NCBI GenBank assembly: GCA_016874895.1
Contig: VGSX01000001.1
Coordinates: forward strand, 1 to 37,736
Length of the DNA: 37,736 nucleotides
Direction: 5' to 3'
Source of the DNA: Deltaproteobacteria bacterium
GTDB lineage: Bacteria; Desulfobacterota; Desulfobaccia; Desulfobaccales; Desulfobaccaceae
Numbering within the stretch: the stretch's first letter is position 1; every line of letters starts with the position of its first letter. Both the position numbers and the translations under genes were made by a program. Shown piece after piece: positions 26,134 to 35,654 of this stretch. The notes beneath the pieces were generated by a model, which saw only the letters and a list, made by a program, of their open reading frames with translations, made no database searches and was not told where the DNA came from.

Positions 26134-27363
26134 GTGGGGCAGGATCTCATAGTTGGCTTGGACATCGGGACGACCAAAATATGCGCCGTCATCGGTGAGT
26201 TGCGCAATAATTTCCTGGAAATCATCGGCATCGGCACTCATCCTTCCCAGGGCTTGCGCAAGGGCGTCGTCGTCAATATCGACAACACGGTTAAATCTAT
26301 CCGCCGGGCCATTGAAGAAGCCGAACTCATGGCCGGCTGTGAAATCCGCTCCGTCTATACCGGCATTGCCGGCGGTCACATTAAAGGATTCAACAGTCAG
26401 GGGATAATTGCCATTAAAAGCCGGGAAGTCACCCAGGCCGACATTAACCGGGTCATCGACGCAGCCAAAGCCGTGGCCATCCCCTTGGATAGAGAAGTTA
26501 TCCACATCCTGCCCCAGGAATTCAAGGTGGACGGCCAGGACGGCATTAAAGACCCCATCGGCATCCATGGCGTCCGCCTCGAGGCCGCGGTTCACATCGT
26601 CACCGGCGCCGTCGCCTCGGTCAACAACATCATTAAGTGCTGCAACAAGGCCGGCCTGGACGTGGCCGACATTGTCCTGCAAAGCCTGGCCTCAGGGGAG
26701 GCCGTCATGGCCGAAGAGGAAAAAGAGGTAATGGTCGCCCTCATTGATCTGGGCGGGGGCACCACCGACCTGGCCATTTTCAGTGATAATTCCATTAAAC
26801 ATAGCTGGGTCCTGGCTCTGGGGGGCAACAATCTCACCAACGACATTGCCGTGGGACTGCAGACGGCCCTGCCCGAGGCGGAAAAACTGAAACAACTGTA
26901 CGGCTGCACCCTCAATGTCCTGGAGGAGAGAGATGAGCTCATCGAGATTCCGGGACTGGGGGGCCGCAAACCCCGGACCCTGTCCCGGGGCATCCTGGCG
27001 GAAATCATTCACCTGCGGATGGAAGAGATCCTGACCCTGATCCATAAGGAAGTCATTCGCGCCGGCTTTGAAATGCCAATGATTTCAGGGATCATCGTCA
27101 CTGGGGGGGGCTCCATGCTCACCGGTCTGCCGGATCTGTGCGAAGAAATTTTAGGGGTCCCCACCCGCCGGGGCTTCCCCATCGGGGTGGGAGGACTCAC
27201 CGATGTGATCAATAATCCGGCTTTTGCCACCGCCGTGGGCCTGGCTCTCTACGGCGTCCGCTCCCGGGGCGGGCAATCCAGAGATTCCTTCCGGATTCGG
27301 GATCAGAATATCTTCAACCGGATCCTGGCGCGGATGAAAAAATGGTTTAAAGAAGTTATTTAG
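26134..27363 (+). CDS. ftsA: Cell division protein FtsA
   Basis: GLDIGTTKI, GLRKGVVVNI, IDLGGGTTD, TGGG, ATAVGL, and C-terminal amphipathic helix RMKKWFKEVI. Confidence 0.97.
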   Translation: MGQDLIVGLDIGTTKICAVIGELRNNFLEIIGIGTHPSQGLRKGVVVNIDNTVKSIRRAIEEAELMAGCEIRSVYTGIAGGHIKGFNSQGIIAIKSREVTQADINRVIDAAKAVAIPLDREVIHILPQEFKVDGQDGIKDPIGIHGVRLEAAVHIVTGAVASVNNIIKCCNKAGLDVADIVLQSLASGEAVMAEEEKEVMVALIDLGGGTTDLAIFSDNSIKHSWVLALGGNNLTNDIAVGLQTALPEAEKLKQLYGCTLNVLEERDELIEIPGLGGRKPRTLSRGILAEIIHLRMEEILTLIHKEVIRAGFEMPMISGIIVTGGGSMLTGLPDLCEEILGVPTRRGFPIGVGGLTDVINNPAFATAVGLALYGVRSRGGQSRDSFRIRDQNIFNRILARMKKWFKEVI

Positions 27364-27540
27364 GAGGCGGTCAGCTGGCAAGTTGCGGCGGGAACAATTA
27401 GTTTTTCCATGTCCGAGTTGACTCAACGGCGAGACTTAATGCAGAAAAAGTTAAACAACTTTGAAAGATATTTCTGTAACAAGAGAAATTTATTTTAAAG
27501 GGACACGGGCCTGTGCAAGAAATCCAGGGAGGGGGATGAA

Positions 27541-28740
27541 ATGAAAATTGAAATGGTGGAACCTGAGTCCTCGGCCAAGATCAAGGTCGTTGGCATCGGT
27601 GGCGGTGGCGGCAACGCCATCAACGACATGATCAAGGCGCAATTGGCGGGAGTGGAGTTTTTAGCCGCAAATACCGACGCCCAGGCCTTAACCCGGAGTC
27701 AGGCGCTGGCCAAGATTACCCTGGGACTGAACCTGACTAAAGGTTTGGGCGCCGGGGGCGACCCGGAGGTGGGCCGCAATGCCGCGCTGGAGGATGCCGA
27801 CCTGCTCCGGGAGGCCTTAAAGGGCGCGGACATGGTCTTCGTTACGGCCGGCATGGGGGGCGGCACCGGCACCGGCGGGGTGCCCGTAGTAGCGGAGATC
27901 TGCAAAGATCTGGGAGCCTTGACCGTGGCCGTGGTCACCAAGCCCTTCTTTTTTGAGGGCAAGAAACGGATGCGGCAGGCCGAGGCCGGGATCGAGGCCA
28001 CCAAAAAAGTGGTGGACACCCTGATCACCATCCCCAATGACCGCCTGTTAAGCGTGGCCCCCAAAAACACCTCGGCCATGGATGTGTTCCGGATGGCCAA
28101 TGATGTGCTGGTCTACGCGGTCAAGGGCATCTCCGATCTCATCATGGTAACCGGGCACATTAACGTGGATTTTGCCGACGTGCGCACCATTATGGGTGAG
28201 ATGGGCATGGCCCTCATGGGCACCGGCATTTCCAGCGGCAATAACCGGGCCATCGAGGCGGCCCAGAAGGCCATCTCCAGCCCGCTGTTGGAAGACCTGT
28301 CCATCCGGGGCGCCCGGGGCATTCTGATCAACATCACCAGCGGCATGGAAGTCTCCCTGGATGAATTGAAAGACGCCGCCGCCCTTATCCAGGAAGAGGC
28401 CCATGAAGACGCCAACATCATCTGGGGTTGGGTGGTGGATGACAGTCTGGGCGACGAAGTGCGGGTCACCGTCATCGGCACCGGCATCGGCAAGAAGCCG
28501 GACCAGGAAGACATCCGCCTCCCGAAAACCAAAGGCGCCCCGGCCCCTGAAGAACTAGACGTGCCCACCATCATCCGCAAGGGCGCGGAACAGGTGCAGC
28601 CGGTGTTTCGGAGCCACATGGACAATAAAAAGAGATCGCGCCTCGAGTTGCTGAACACCAAGAAAAACATTGTCCACCCCGATCTCCATTACGAGGAGGA
28701 TGAACTCGATATTCCCACCTTCCTGCGTCAGGCTGATTAA
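27541..28740 (+). CDS. ftsZ: Cell division protein FtsZ
   Basis: [38 protein letters not shown]-terminal LDIPTFLR. Confidence 0.98.
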   Translation: MKIEMVEPESSAKIKVVGIGGGGGNAINDMIKAQLAGVEFLAANTDAQALTRSQALAKITLGLNLTKGLGAGGDPEVGRNAALEDADLLREALKGADMVFVTAGMGGGTGTGGVPVVAEICKDLGALTVAVVTKPFFFEGKKRMRQAEAGIEATKKVVDTLITIPNDRLLSVAPKNTSAMDVFRMANDVLVYAVKGISDLIMVTGHINVDFADVRTIMGEMGMALMGTGISSGNNRAIEAAQKAISSPLLEDLSIRGARGILINITSGMEVSLDELKDAAALIQEEAHEDANIIWGWVVDDSLGDEVRVTVIGTGIGKKPDQEDIRLPKTKGAPAPEELDVPTIIRKGAEQVQPVFRSHMDNKKRSRLELLNTKKNIVHPDLHYEEDELDIPTFLRQAD

Positions 28741-28803
28741 CCTGCACTGGCAGCGGCTGCCGGCCGGGGGCTCGGCCCGGGACCGGGACCGGGCCTGCTG
28801 CTG

Positions 28804-30549
28804 ATGGCCAGAAAGATTATCAAGCACCTGCAAAGCCTCCTGGCCTCGGAGCAGGGTGCTGTTGTCCGGGAATGGGGTCACCGCCGGTCGGTGGCCCTGG
28901 TTTACCCCCAGGAATACGCCGTGGGAATGAGCAACCTGGGGTTTCAGACGGTCTACCACCTCCTCAATGCCCACCCCGATCTCGCCTGCGAGCGGGTTTT
29001 CCTGCCCGCCGAAGCGGAACTGCAGGAATACCAACGCAGCCGCACCCCACTGCTGTCCCTGGAGTCCCAGCGGCCGCTGACCGACTTCGCCGCGGTGGCC
29101 TTTTCCCTCTCCTTCGAGCCCGATTATCTCAATGTCCTGAACATCCTGGAATTAGCCCGCATCCCGCTGCTGGCCGCCCACCGGGGGGACCAGTTCCCTC
29201 CCATCGTGGCCGGCGGGGCTGCGGCCATGCTCAATCCCGAACCCCTGACACCCTTCCTGGATGCCTTCTTCCTGGGAGAGGGGGAGGCGGCGGCGGCTCT
29301 ATTTTTCGAGATCCTCACCGGCCATCCGGACCGCCAGACCGCCTTCAAGACCCTGGCCGCTGACGTCCCCGGGGTCTATATCCCCTCGGCCTATCAGCCG
29401 GATTACCATGCGGACGGGACCCTGCGCCGGTTTACTGTGTCCCCCGGCTATCCGGCCAAGATCAGAGTCCCGCATCTGACCGACCTGAACTCTTATCCGG
29501 TTCACAGCCGGCTGTTGGCCCCGGGAAGTGAATTCAGCCGGATGTTTCTGGTGGAGGTCAATCGGGGCTGCGGCCGGGGTTGCCGCTTCTGCGCCGCCGG
29601 GTTTATCTATCGACCGCCCCGGCACCGTTCGGTGGCCTCTTTGCAGGCTCAGCTTCAAGAAGGTCTAGCAACCGGGGCCAAAATCGGTTTCATCGGGACC
29701 GCTGCGGCTGATCACCCAGACATCCGGCAATTGTTGCGCACGGTTACCGCCTCCGGCGGGCAGGTGGGCATGAGTTCCCTCCGGGCTGATTGCGCCGATG
29801 CAGAACTTTTGACCCTCTTGCACCAAGGCGGCGTCAAGAGCGTGGCCCTGGCCCCGGAGGCCGGCAGTGAACGGCTGCGCCGGGTCATCAACAAGGGTCT
29901 GACGGAAACGGACTTGCAGGAAGCCGTGGTAAACCTCCATGCCGCGGGATTGTCTCACCTGCGCCTCTACTTTATGGTGGGCCTCCCCACGGAAACCCAT
30001 CAGGACGTGGAGGATATTGCCAGATTGACTAAGCGCCTGCAACATGCCGTCGTCAAGGCCAGTGCCGGCCGTTCCCGCCCCAGCATCACCCTCAGCCTGA
30101 ACTCCTTCGTGCCCAAGCCCTTTACCCCCTTCCAGTGGACCCCTTTTGCCGGCGTGTCAGCCCTGAAAGAACGCCTCAGGATGGTTAAGCGGGAATTACA
30201 GGGGCAGAGGCAGATACGGGTTCATGCGGACCTGCCCAAGTGGGCTTATTTTCAGGCACTGCTGGCAAGGGGAGATCGGCGGGTGGGATCACTGCTGTTA
30301 GATACGCATCAGGCCTCCGGCGACTGGAGCCGGGCCTGCCGTCAGAGTCCCGTTAATCCGGATTTTTTCGTCTTGCGGGAACGCTCCCGGGACGAACTCT
30401 TGCCCTGGGATTTCATCGACCACGGTATCGATAAAAGCTATCTTTGGGAAGAATACCAAAACGCCTTGGCAGAGAGGGAAACCCCGCCCTGCCAACCGGA
30501 TGTCTGCAGCCGCTGCGGGGTCTGCCCCGGACCTGGGAACGGGGATTAA
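28804..30549 (+). CDS. Radical SAM protein (TIGR03960-like, B12-binding-like N-terminus, C-terminal Cys cluster)
   Basis: YP..Y.VGMSNLG, CERVFLP, EVNRGCGRGCRFC (CxxxCxxC), APEAGSERLR..INK, YFMVGLPTET, FVPKPFTPFQW, LPWD, PC....C..CGVC. Confidence 0.88.
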   Translation: MARKIIKHLQSLLASEQGAVVREWGHRRSVALVYPQEYAVGMSNLGFQTVYHLLNAHPDLACERVFLPAEAELQEYQRSRTPLLSLESQRPLTDFAAVAFSLSFEPDYLNVLNILELARIPLLAAHRGDQFPPIVAGGAAAMLNPEPLTPFLDAFFLGEGEAAAALFFEILTGHPDRQTAFKTLAADVPGVYIPSAYQPDYHADGTLRRFTVSPGYPAKIRVPHLTDLNSYPVHSRLLAPGSEFSRMFLVEVNRGCGRGCRFCAAGFIYRPPRHRSVASLQAQLQEGLATGAKIGFIGTAAADHPDIRQLLRTVTASGGQVGMSSLRADCADAELLTLLHQGGVKSVALAPEAGSERLRRVINKGLTETDLQEAVVNLHAAGLSHLRLYFMVGLPTETHQDVEDIARLTKRLQHAVVKASAGRSRPSITLSLNSFVPKPFTPFQWTPFAGVSALKERLRMVKRELQGQRQIRVHADLPKWAYFQALLARGDRRVGSLLLDTHQASGDWSRACRQSPVNPDFFVLRERSRDELLPWDFIDHGIDKSYLWEEYQNALAERETPPCQPDVCSRCGVCPGPGNGD

Positions 30550-30570
30550 CTCCCCCGGTTTTTGAACCCG

Positions 30571-30591
30571 TGGCCAGGGGGCAGTGGTCAG
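30571..30591 (+). repeat. Heptamer array TGGCCAG GGGGCAG TGGTCAG
   Basis: Three NGGNCAG units, the same family as the array inside hemW. Confidence 0.55.
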
Positions 30592-30631
30592 TTGCTCACG
30601 AAAGCAGCATCTTTGGCCAATATTCCTTTAA

Positions 30632-30675
30632 CCCCCTCTCCCCCCGCTGGCGGGGGGAAAGGGTTGGGGTGAGGG
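30632..30675 (-). repeat. CCCTCACCCCAACCCT(T/C)TCCC...GGGAGAGGG hairpin element
   Basis: The reverse complement CCCTCACCCCAACCCTTTCCCCCCGCCAGCGGGGGGAGAGGGGG aligns with 36490-36530. Confidence 0.75.
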
Positions 30676-30688
30676 CAAATATTTAGTT

Positions 30689-30727
30689 ATTTTCATGGTT
30701 CTCGGGTGACTTACCGGACATGAAAAT
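30689..30727. repeat. ATTTTCATG...CATGAAAAT short inverted-repeat element
   Basis: Perfect 9-bp terminal IR. A decayed relative (CATGGCC...GACTATTAAAAT, 8114-8148) likewise abuts an AAAATCCCCC element. Confidence 0.55.
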
Positions 30728-30802
30728 CCCCCTTGATTGAAGGGGGACGTTAAAGAGTTCATCTTGTTTCCCCCCTTTTCTAAAGCGGGGTAAGGGGGAT
30801 TT
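30723..30802. repeat. AAAATCCCCC...GGGGGATTT element, third copy
   Basis: Aligns with the reverse complement of 8144-8237, with about 10 bp deleted from one arm. Confidence 0.75.
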
Positions 30803-30850
30803 AAATCATCGGGGCTGGCTCCAGTCGGCCATGATCGTTTCAAATAACTT

Positions 30851-31159
30851 CTACTGATAATAGGCCCCCTGAGGAGCGGGTTGCGAAGGGTTGGCGGGAT
30901 AGGAACCATAGCGCTGCCGGTTGTCCTCGTCTGCGGCCCGGCGGCCCAGTTCTGTGGCCGCGCCACCCAGGGCACCGCCCATCAGGCCGCCCACCATAGC
31001 CCCGCGCCAGCGGTTCTTGTCATCGATCAAGGCACCGGCACCGGCACCCAGAGCTCCGCCCACTCCGGCGCCGGTGTAGGTGTAGGGGCTCATGGTGGTG
31101 CAGCCGGCTAGCAGGGAGGCCAACAGGACAAGGATCAACCAGGATTTTATGTGTGCCAT
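30851..31159 (-). CDS. Small glycine-zipper lipoprotein
   Basis: Lipobox LAGC, two GxxxG zipper segments (GAGVGGALGAGAG / GAMVGGLMGGALGG), SD AGGAG. Confidence 0.85.
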   Translation of the reverse strand: MAHIKSWLILVLLASLLAGCTTMSPYTYTGAGVGGALGAGAGALIDDKNRWRGAMVGGLMGGALGGAATELGRRAADEDNRQRYGSYPANPSQPAPQGAYYQ

Positions 31160-31190
31160 GAGAATCTCTCCTTTGTCTGACGTTTTTTAT

Positions 31191-31331
31191 TGCAGGCGTT
31201 CAGCTACCAGCATTCAGCTTTCAGCAAAAACAATGAGTTAAGTCAATTTTTGGAGAAAGCCGGGAATCAGCCACCATATTCTCATTATTTAAATTCATAA
31301 GTTAGCTGACGGATGAAAGCTGACCGCTTAC
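31191..31331 (-). repeat. Heptamer-armed ~140 bp element, copy B
   Basis: The reverse complement aligns end to end with 8634-8774, including the internal GGC.GAT....GG..TTCTC segment. Confidence 0.85.
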
Positions 31332-31597
31332 CTTTTGGTTAGACAGATTGCAAATGGCCGGCCAATTCTATTTCTTGTATATCTGAAGGTAATTATTAGA
31401 TATTTTATAATATCAGTCTGGGTCTCGCTTCGACAAGGCCTATCTCTTCAATATAATAAGAAAAAATAATGTCCGGGGACTTTATCGGCTTGGTTTCGAA
31501 CAAAATTCTGATCATTTTGAGAATAATTCCCACAAAAGCAGAAACAGGAACGATCTTTCTGAGAAAATGACCAGAGCACCCCCCCCGGAGGGGCGGA

Positions 31598-32248
31598 TTA
31601 ATCCAAAAAATCGGTTATGTAGGGATTATTAACTTTCTGTACTGCCAGGGTGGAAGTGGGCGTGTCGCCATAATCATGACCGGGCCAGATAATGGTCTCC
31701 TCCGGTAAAGGAAGTATCTTATTCTGAATAGACTCAACTAGTTGATCCAGGGAACTGCCGGGCAGATCGGTGCGTCCGGCGCTGTCCACAAAGAGGGTGT
31801 CCCCGGTGAACAGATGCCCCGGGGTATACAGGCAGATGGAGCCGGGGGTATGGCCCGGAGTGTGCAGGACGGTGAATTCAATCTGTCCCATCACCAGCCG
31901 GTCTCTGTCCTGAATCTGACGGTCTATACGCCGCAAGGGGGGAAAACCCTCGTCCACGGCGGCTTGTTGCATGGCCGGGGTCGAAAAAAACTGCCAGTCC
32001 AGGGCGTGGATAACCGTGGCGGCCCCGGTTTTTGCGGCCCAAAAATCATTCCCGGCGGTATGGTCGGCGTGCCCATGGGTATTGACGATCCACTGGATGG
32101 TGAGTGCATGGCGGGCGATGTGGTGCGCCACCTCTTCGGAGGGGGCGGCGGGATCAATGAGCAGACCTCTACGGGTGGCCGGGCACCCCAGGACATAGCA
32201 GATCACTTCCAAAGGACCTACTGAGACTGCTTCGATAATGAGAGACAT
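31598..32248 (-). CDS. MBL-fold metallo-hydrolase (glyoxalase II/YcbL-like)
   Basis: THGHADH (HxHxDH), HTPGHTPG, FTGDTLF, GRTDLPG, PGH. Confidence 0.92.
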   Translation of the reverse strand: MSLIIEAVSVGPLEVICYVLGCPATRRGLLIDPAAPSEEVAHHIARHALTIQWIVNTHGHADHTAGNDFWAAKTGAATVIHALDWQFFSTPAMQQAAVDEGFPPLRRIDRQIQDRDRLVMGQIEFTVLHTPGHTPGSICLYTPGHLFTGDTLFVDSAGRTDLPGSSLDQLVESIQNKILPLPEETIIWPGHDYGDTPTSTLAVQKVNNPYITDFLD

Positions 32249-32436
32249 AACGACTCCCTTCCAGGCCTTTATGGGAAGATTTTTCAGGTTCAGATTAACA
32301 TTAGCCTAGATATGATATATATTATAATATTAATGTCGCAGCAAAACCACTTTTGGGATCATAGTCAAGATATATGCAGGGGCTGAGCTCTTGGCCCTTA
32401 AATATTACTAACCGGCGCCACGCCCAAGGCGCCTAG

Positions 32437-32489
32437 TTACCGCCGGGACGCAGAGCACGCCGAGGAAATACTCTGCGTCTGTGCGGTAA
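32437..32489. repeat. 9-mer array hairpin (ACCGCCGGG ACGCAGAGC ACGCCGAGG ... CTCTGCGTCTGTGCGGTAA)
   Basis: IRs TTACCGC/GCGGTAA and GACGCAGAG/CTCTGCGTC. A related half-array lies at 33854-33880. Confidence 0.65.
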
Positions 32490-32533
32490 TAAAGAGAGTT
32501 TTTGCCTCCGCCGGGAGGCCCGATCCATTTATT

Positions 32534-33844
32534 ATGCTCAATAATGACACTCCTGCCGAACAAACGCCTGATGCAGCCTGGGAAACGATGCTGTCAGCCG
32601 AACCTCGCCTCATCCCCCGGCCGGATCATCCCATATCCCGAGCCAATATTGATGTGGAAGTGCTGAAAGTCCTCTACCGTCTGCACCACCGGGGCTACAA
32701 GGCTTATCTGGTGGGCGGCAGCGTCCGGGACCTGTGGCTGGGGAAAAAACCCAAAGACTTTGATATCGCCACCGATGCTCAGCCCCAGGACATCCGCCGG
32801 CTCTTTCGCAACAGCCGCATCATCGGCAAACGGTTCCGCCTGGTGCAGGTATTTTTCAAGGGCGGCAAGATCGTGGAGGTGTCCACGTTTCGCAGCCGTT
32901 CGGAATTTGACAGTGACGGCGAGGTGTTGGCCCCCAACAATACCTTCGGGAGCCCGGCGGAGGATGCCTGGCGTCGTGACCTGACCATAAATGGCCTGTT
33001 CTATGACATCGCCGATTTCTCCCTGATTGATTATGTGGGGGGGTTGGCGGATCTGGAAAATCGGGTTATTCGGGTTATCGGTCCCCCGGAAGTACGGTTT
33101 CGCCGGGACCCGGTCCGGATGCTCCGGGTCTTGCGGCATGCGGCCCGCACCGATTTCCGCATCGACGCCGCGTCCTGGCAGGGGGTTAAATCCCACCGGC
33201 AGCTGATCCGGCTCTGCTCCCCGGCCAGGGTGCGGGACGAGCTCTTAAAAGACTTTAAAAGCGGCTTTTGTGGCGACTTCATGTTGCTTATGGTGGACAG
33301 CGGCCTGTTGCCGGCCATCCTGCCCCATTTTGAGGAATTCTTACAGGATGCCACCGCCGTAGAGGCCGTAAAGAACCGCCTGAGGGAGATCTACAAGATA
33401 GTCGATCTGTTGAGCCGCACCAATCTCCCTTTTTCGGAAGCTTTTTTCTGGGCCGGATTCCTTATCCCTTTCCTCGAAACAGCCCAGGGTGTGGCGTTCC
33501 AGGAGATCAAACCGGAAGCCGTGGAGCCTTTTGTCCACGATTCCCTGGCGATCCTGGATTTTGCCAAGGGCCGCCGGGAAGAGGTCATTTTACTATGGCT
33601 GACGGCAGCCCACCTGCTCCGGCTGCTCAGCGCCGGGCAGCGACTTCCGGCCCGCCTGAAGCGCCGGACGTGCTTACCCGAGGCCTGGCTCCTGCAACAG
33701 ATCCTGGCGGGAGCCTCCCCGGAACTGGTGGAGGAAATAACCCTACGAGCCGGCATCGTCCCCAGCCTGCCGGACACTCCGCCCAAAAAAAAGGGACGCC
33801 GGGGTCGGCAAGGGAGGCCCCGGAAAAAAATATTCCCGGTATAA
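32534..33844 (+). CDS. pcnB: Poly(A) polymerase I
   Basis: VGGSVRD, KDFDIAT, the PAP-specific IIGKRFRLVQV signature, EVSTFR, RRDLTINGL, DPVRMLR and a basic C-terminal tail. Confidence 0.85.
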   Translation: MLNNDTPAEQTPDAAWETMLSAEPRLIPRPDHPISRANIDVEVLKVLYRLHHRGYKAYLVGGSVRDLWLGKKPKDFDIATDAQPQDIRRLFRNSRIIGKRFRLVQVFFKGGKIVEVSTFRSRSEFDSDGEVLAPNNTFGSPAEDAWRRDLTINGLFYDIADFSLIDYVGGLADLENRVIRVIGPPEVRFRRDPVRMLRVLRHAARTDFRIDAASWQGVKSHRQLIRLCSPARVRDELLKDFKSGFCGDFMLLMVDSGLLPAILPHFEEFLQDATAVEAVKNRLREIYKIVDLLSRTNLPFSEAFFWAGFLIPFLETAQGVAFQEIKPEAVEPFVHDSLAILDFAKGRREEVILLWLTAAHLLRLLSAGQRLPARLKRRTCLPEAWLLQQILAGASPELVEEITLRAGIVPSLPDTPPKKKGRRGRQGRPRKKIFPV

Positions 33845-33853
33845 TCGCGTTGC

Positions 33854-33880
33854 ACCGCTGAGTCGCCGAGAACGCAGAGG
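33854..33880 (+). repeat. 9-mer array ACCGCTGAG TCGCCGAGA ACGCAGAGG
   Basis: Same family as 32439-32465. The last unit overlaps the SD GAGGAGG of the next gene. Confidence 0.6.
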
Positions 33881-33890
33881 AGGGCATGAG

Positions 33891-34871
33891 ATGCATCAAA
33901 AAGTCAGCCGGGCAATTCCCCTGATCTTTCTTATGACGGTCATTCTGCTGGCGGGGTTGGCCCTGGCCCAGCCACCTAAGTTAAAAGTGGCTGCCAGCAT
34001 AGTGCCCTTAGGGGACTTTTGCCGCCAGCTCGGAGGCGACAGAGTAGAGGTCCAGGTTCTCATCCCCCCCGGGGCCAGTCCGCACACTTTTGAACCTTCC
34101 CCAAAAACTCTCACCGCTCTGGCCCAGGCCAAAGTCCTGGTGTTCATCGGGTCCGGTCTGGAACCCTGGATGGACAGATTTCTCAGGACCCTCCGGGACC
34201 CCAAGCCGGTCCTGGTGGAGGCCACCCACGGCATAGACTTAATACAAGACGTTCCGGGGCATGTCAAACACCAGGAGGCTCACGAGCATAAGCACCCACC
34301 GGCCAAATCAGCAGTTAAGGCCCCGAAAGGTTCGTCCCACGGCCACTCACACGACCACGGGGCCGGCAATCCCCACATCTGGCTGGACCCGATCCTGGCA
34401 CAGGACATCTGCCGCCGCCTGGCCCAGGCCTTAATGGAGGCGGATCCGGCGAACCGATCCGTATACGAGCAGAACCTGGAGCGCTATGTAGGGGAGCTTT
34501 CCAGCCTGCATAATCAGATCGCCTCAGAAACGGCGGGTTTCCGGGTGCGGGAATTTGTCAGCTTCCACCCCTCCTTCACCTACTTTGCCCGCCGCTACGC
34601 TCTGAAAGAGGTGGGAGTCATTGAGGTGGCCCCGGGCCGGGAGCCCACTCCCCGGTCGCTGCAGAATATCAAAAAGGCCCTAGCATCCTATGGCATCAAG
34701 GTTATTTTTGCTGAACCCCAGTTCAGTTCCCGCATAGCCGAGGTGCTGGCCAGAGATGCCGGGGCCAGCGTCCTGTTCCTGGACCCGGTGGGCGGCCATC
34801 CTCCCTATGGCGATGATTACCTCAAGATGATGCAGTATAATCTCGAAACTATGGCCAAGGCCATGAAGTAA
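33891..34871 (+). CDS. znuA: Zn/Mn ABC transporter substrate-binding protein (ZnuA-like)
   Basis: Signal peptide, PPGASPHTFEP, His-rich loop, NPHIWLDP, FHPSFTYF, E ligand in IEVAPGREP. Confidence 0.88.
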   Translation: MHQKVSRAIPLIFLMTVILLAGLALAQPPKLKVAASIVPLGDFCRQLGGDRVEVQVLIPPGASPHTFEPSPKTLTALAQAKVLVFIGSGLEPWMDRFLRTLRDPKPVLVEATHGIDLIQDVPGHVKHQEAHEHKHPPAKSAVKAPKGSSHGHSHDHGAGNPHIWLDPILAQDICRRLAQALMEADPANRSVYEQNLERYVGELSSLHNQIASETAGFRVREFVSFHPSFTYFARRYALKEVGVIEVAPGREPTPRSLQNIKKALASYGIKVIFAEPQFSSRIAEVLARDAGASVLFLDPVGGHPPYGDDYLKMMQYNLETMAKAMK

Positions 34872-34877
34872 GCCCCC

Positions 34878-35654
34878 ATGTCCAACCTCGCGGTCAGAAT
34901 TATCGATCTCAGCGTTTTTCATAACCGCCAGCCCACCCTGGAGGATATTACCCTGAACATCCAGGCCGGGAGTTTTGTGGGCGTCCTGGGCCCTAACGGG
35001 GCCGGCAAGAGCACCTTGCTCAAGGTCATCCTGGGATTGATCAGACCGGATAAGGGGGAGGTGTATGTCTTCGGGGAGCCGCCCTTACGGCTGCGCCGGA
35101 ACAAACACCTCATCGGCTACCTGCCGCAACGGCCCCTGAACAATCCCCACTTCCCGGTGACCGTGCTGGATGTAGTCCTCATGGGGCGCTATGGCTTGCT
35201 GGGATTGGGCCGGCGTCCCTCCCGCCGGGACAAGGAAATCGCCCTGAATCTTTTAAAGCAGGTGGGCATGGCCTCCCGGGCCCACCGGGCCATCGGCGAC
35301 CTCTCCGGGGGGGAGCAGCAACGGGTGTTTATAGCCCGGGCCCTGAGCGTGGAGCCCAAGCTCCTCATCCTGGACGAGCCCACCATTTCCCTGGACGCCT
35401 GCGCCCAGGATGAACTCTATGATTTAATCCGGGGGTTGCAGGAGCAGATGGAATTGACCGTGATCATGGTTTCCCATGATATCGGGGCTATATCCGAACA
35501 TGTGGGCGATATCGTCTGCCTGAACCGCCGCATTTATCTGCACCAGGCACCTCCCATCGGCCGTTTGGGGCTGGAAAAGACCTTCGGCTGCAGCGTGGAA
35601 TACCTCTTTCACGGCCAAATTCCCCACCGGGTGGTCAGAATTCATGATGAGTGA
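34878..35654 (+). CDS. znuC: Zn/Mn ABC transporter ATP-binding protein
   Basis: GPNGAGKST, GYLPQR, FPVTV.DVV, LSGGEQQR, LDEPT, VSHD, CLNR. Confidence 0.88.
   Translation: MSNLAVRIIDLSVFHNRQPTLEDITLNIQAGSFVGVLGPNGAGKSTLLKVILGLIRPDKGEVYVFGEPPLRLRRNKHLIGYLPQRPLNNPHFPVTVLDVVLMGRYGLLGLGRRPSRRDKEIALNLLKQVGMASRAHRAIGDLSGGEQQRVFIARALSVEPKLLILDEPTISLDACAQDELYDLIRGLQEQMELTVIMVSHDIGAISEHVGDIVCLNRRIYLHQAPPIGRLGLEKTFGCSVEYLFHGQIPHRVVRIHDE

Noticed and set aside
28741-28803. GC-rich hairpins and CCGGGA repeats after ftsZ as a terminator
   Set aside because: The stems are short and there is no U-tract.
30628-30975. 115-aa minus-strand ORF and the 30444-30686 ORF
   Set aside because: They overlap real genes and read through stacked repeats (PPYPALEKGG, PSPQPFPP); no independent coding evidence.
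31332-31597. AT-rich stretch as a foreign insertion or small gene
   Set aside because: No credible ORF or mobile-element signature; consistent with the promoter region of the lipoprotein gene.
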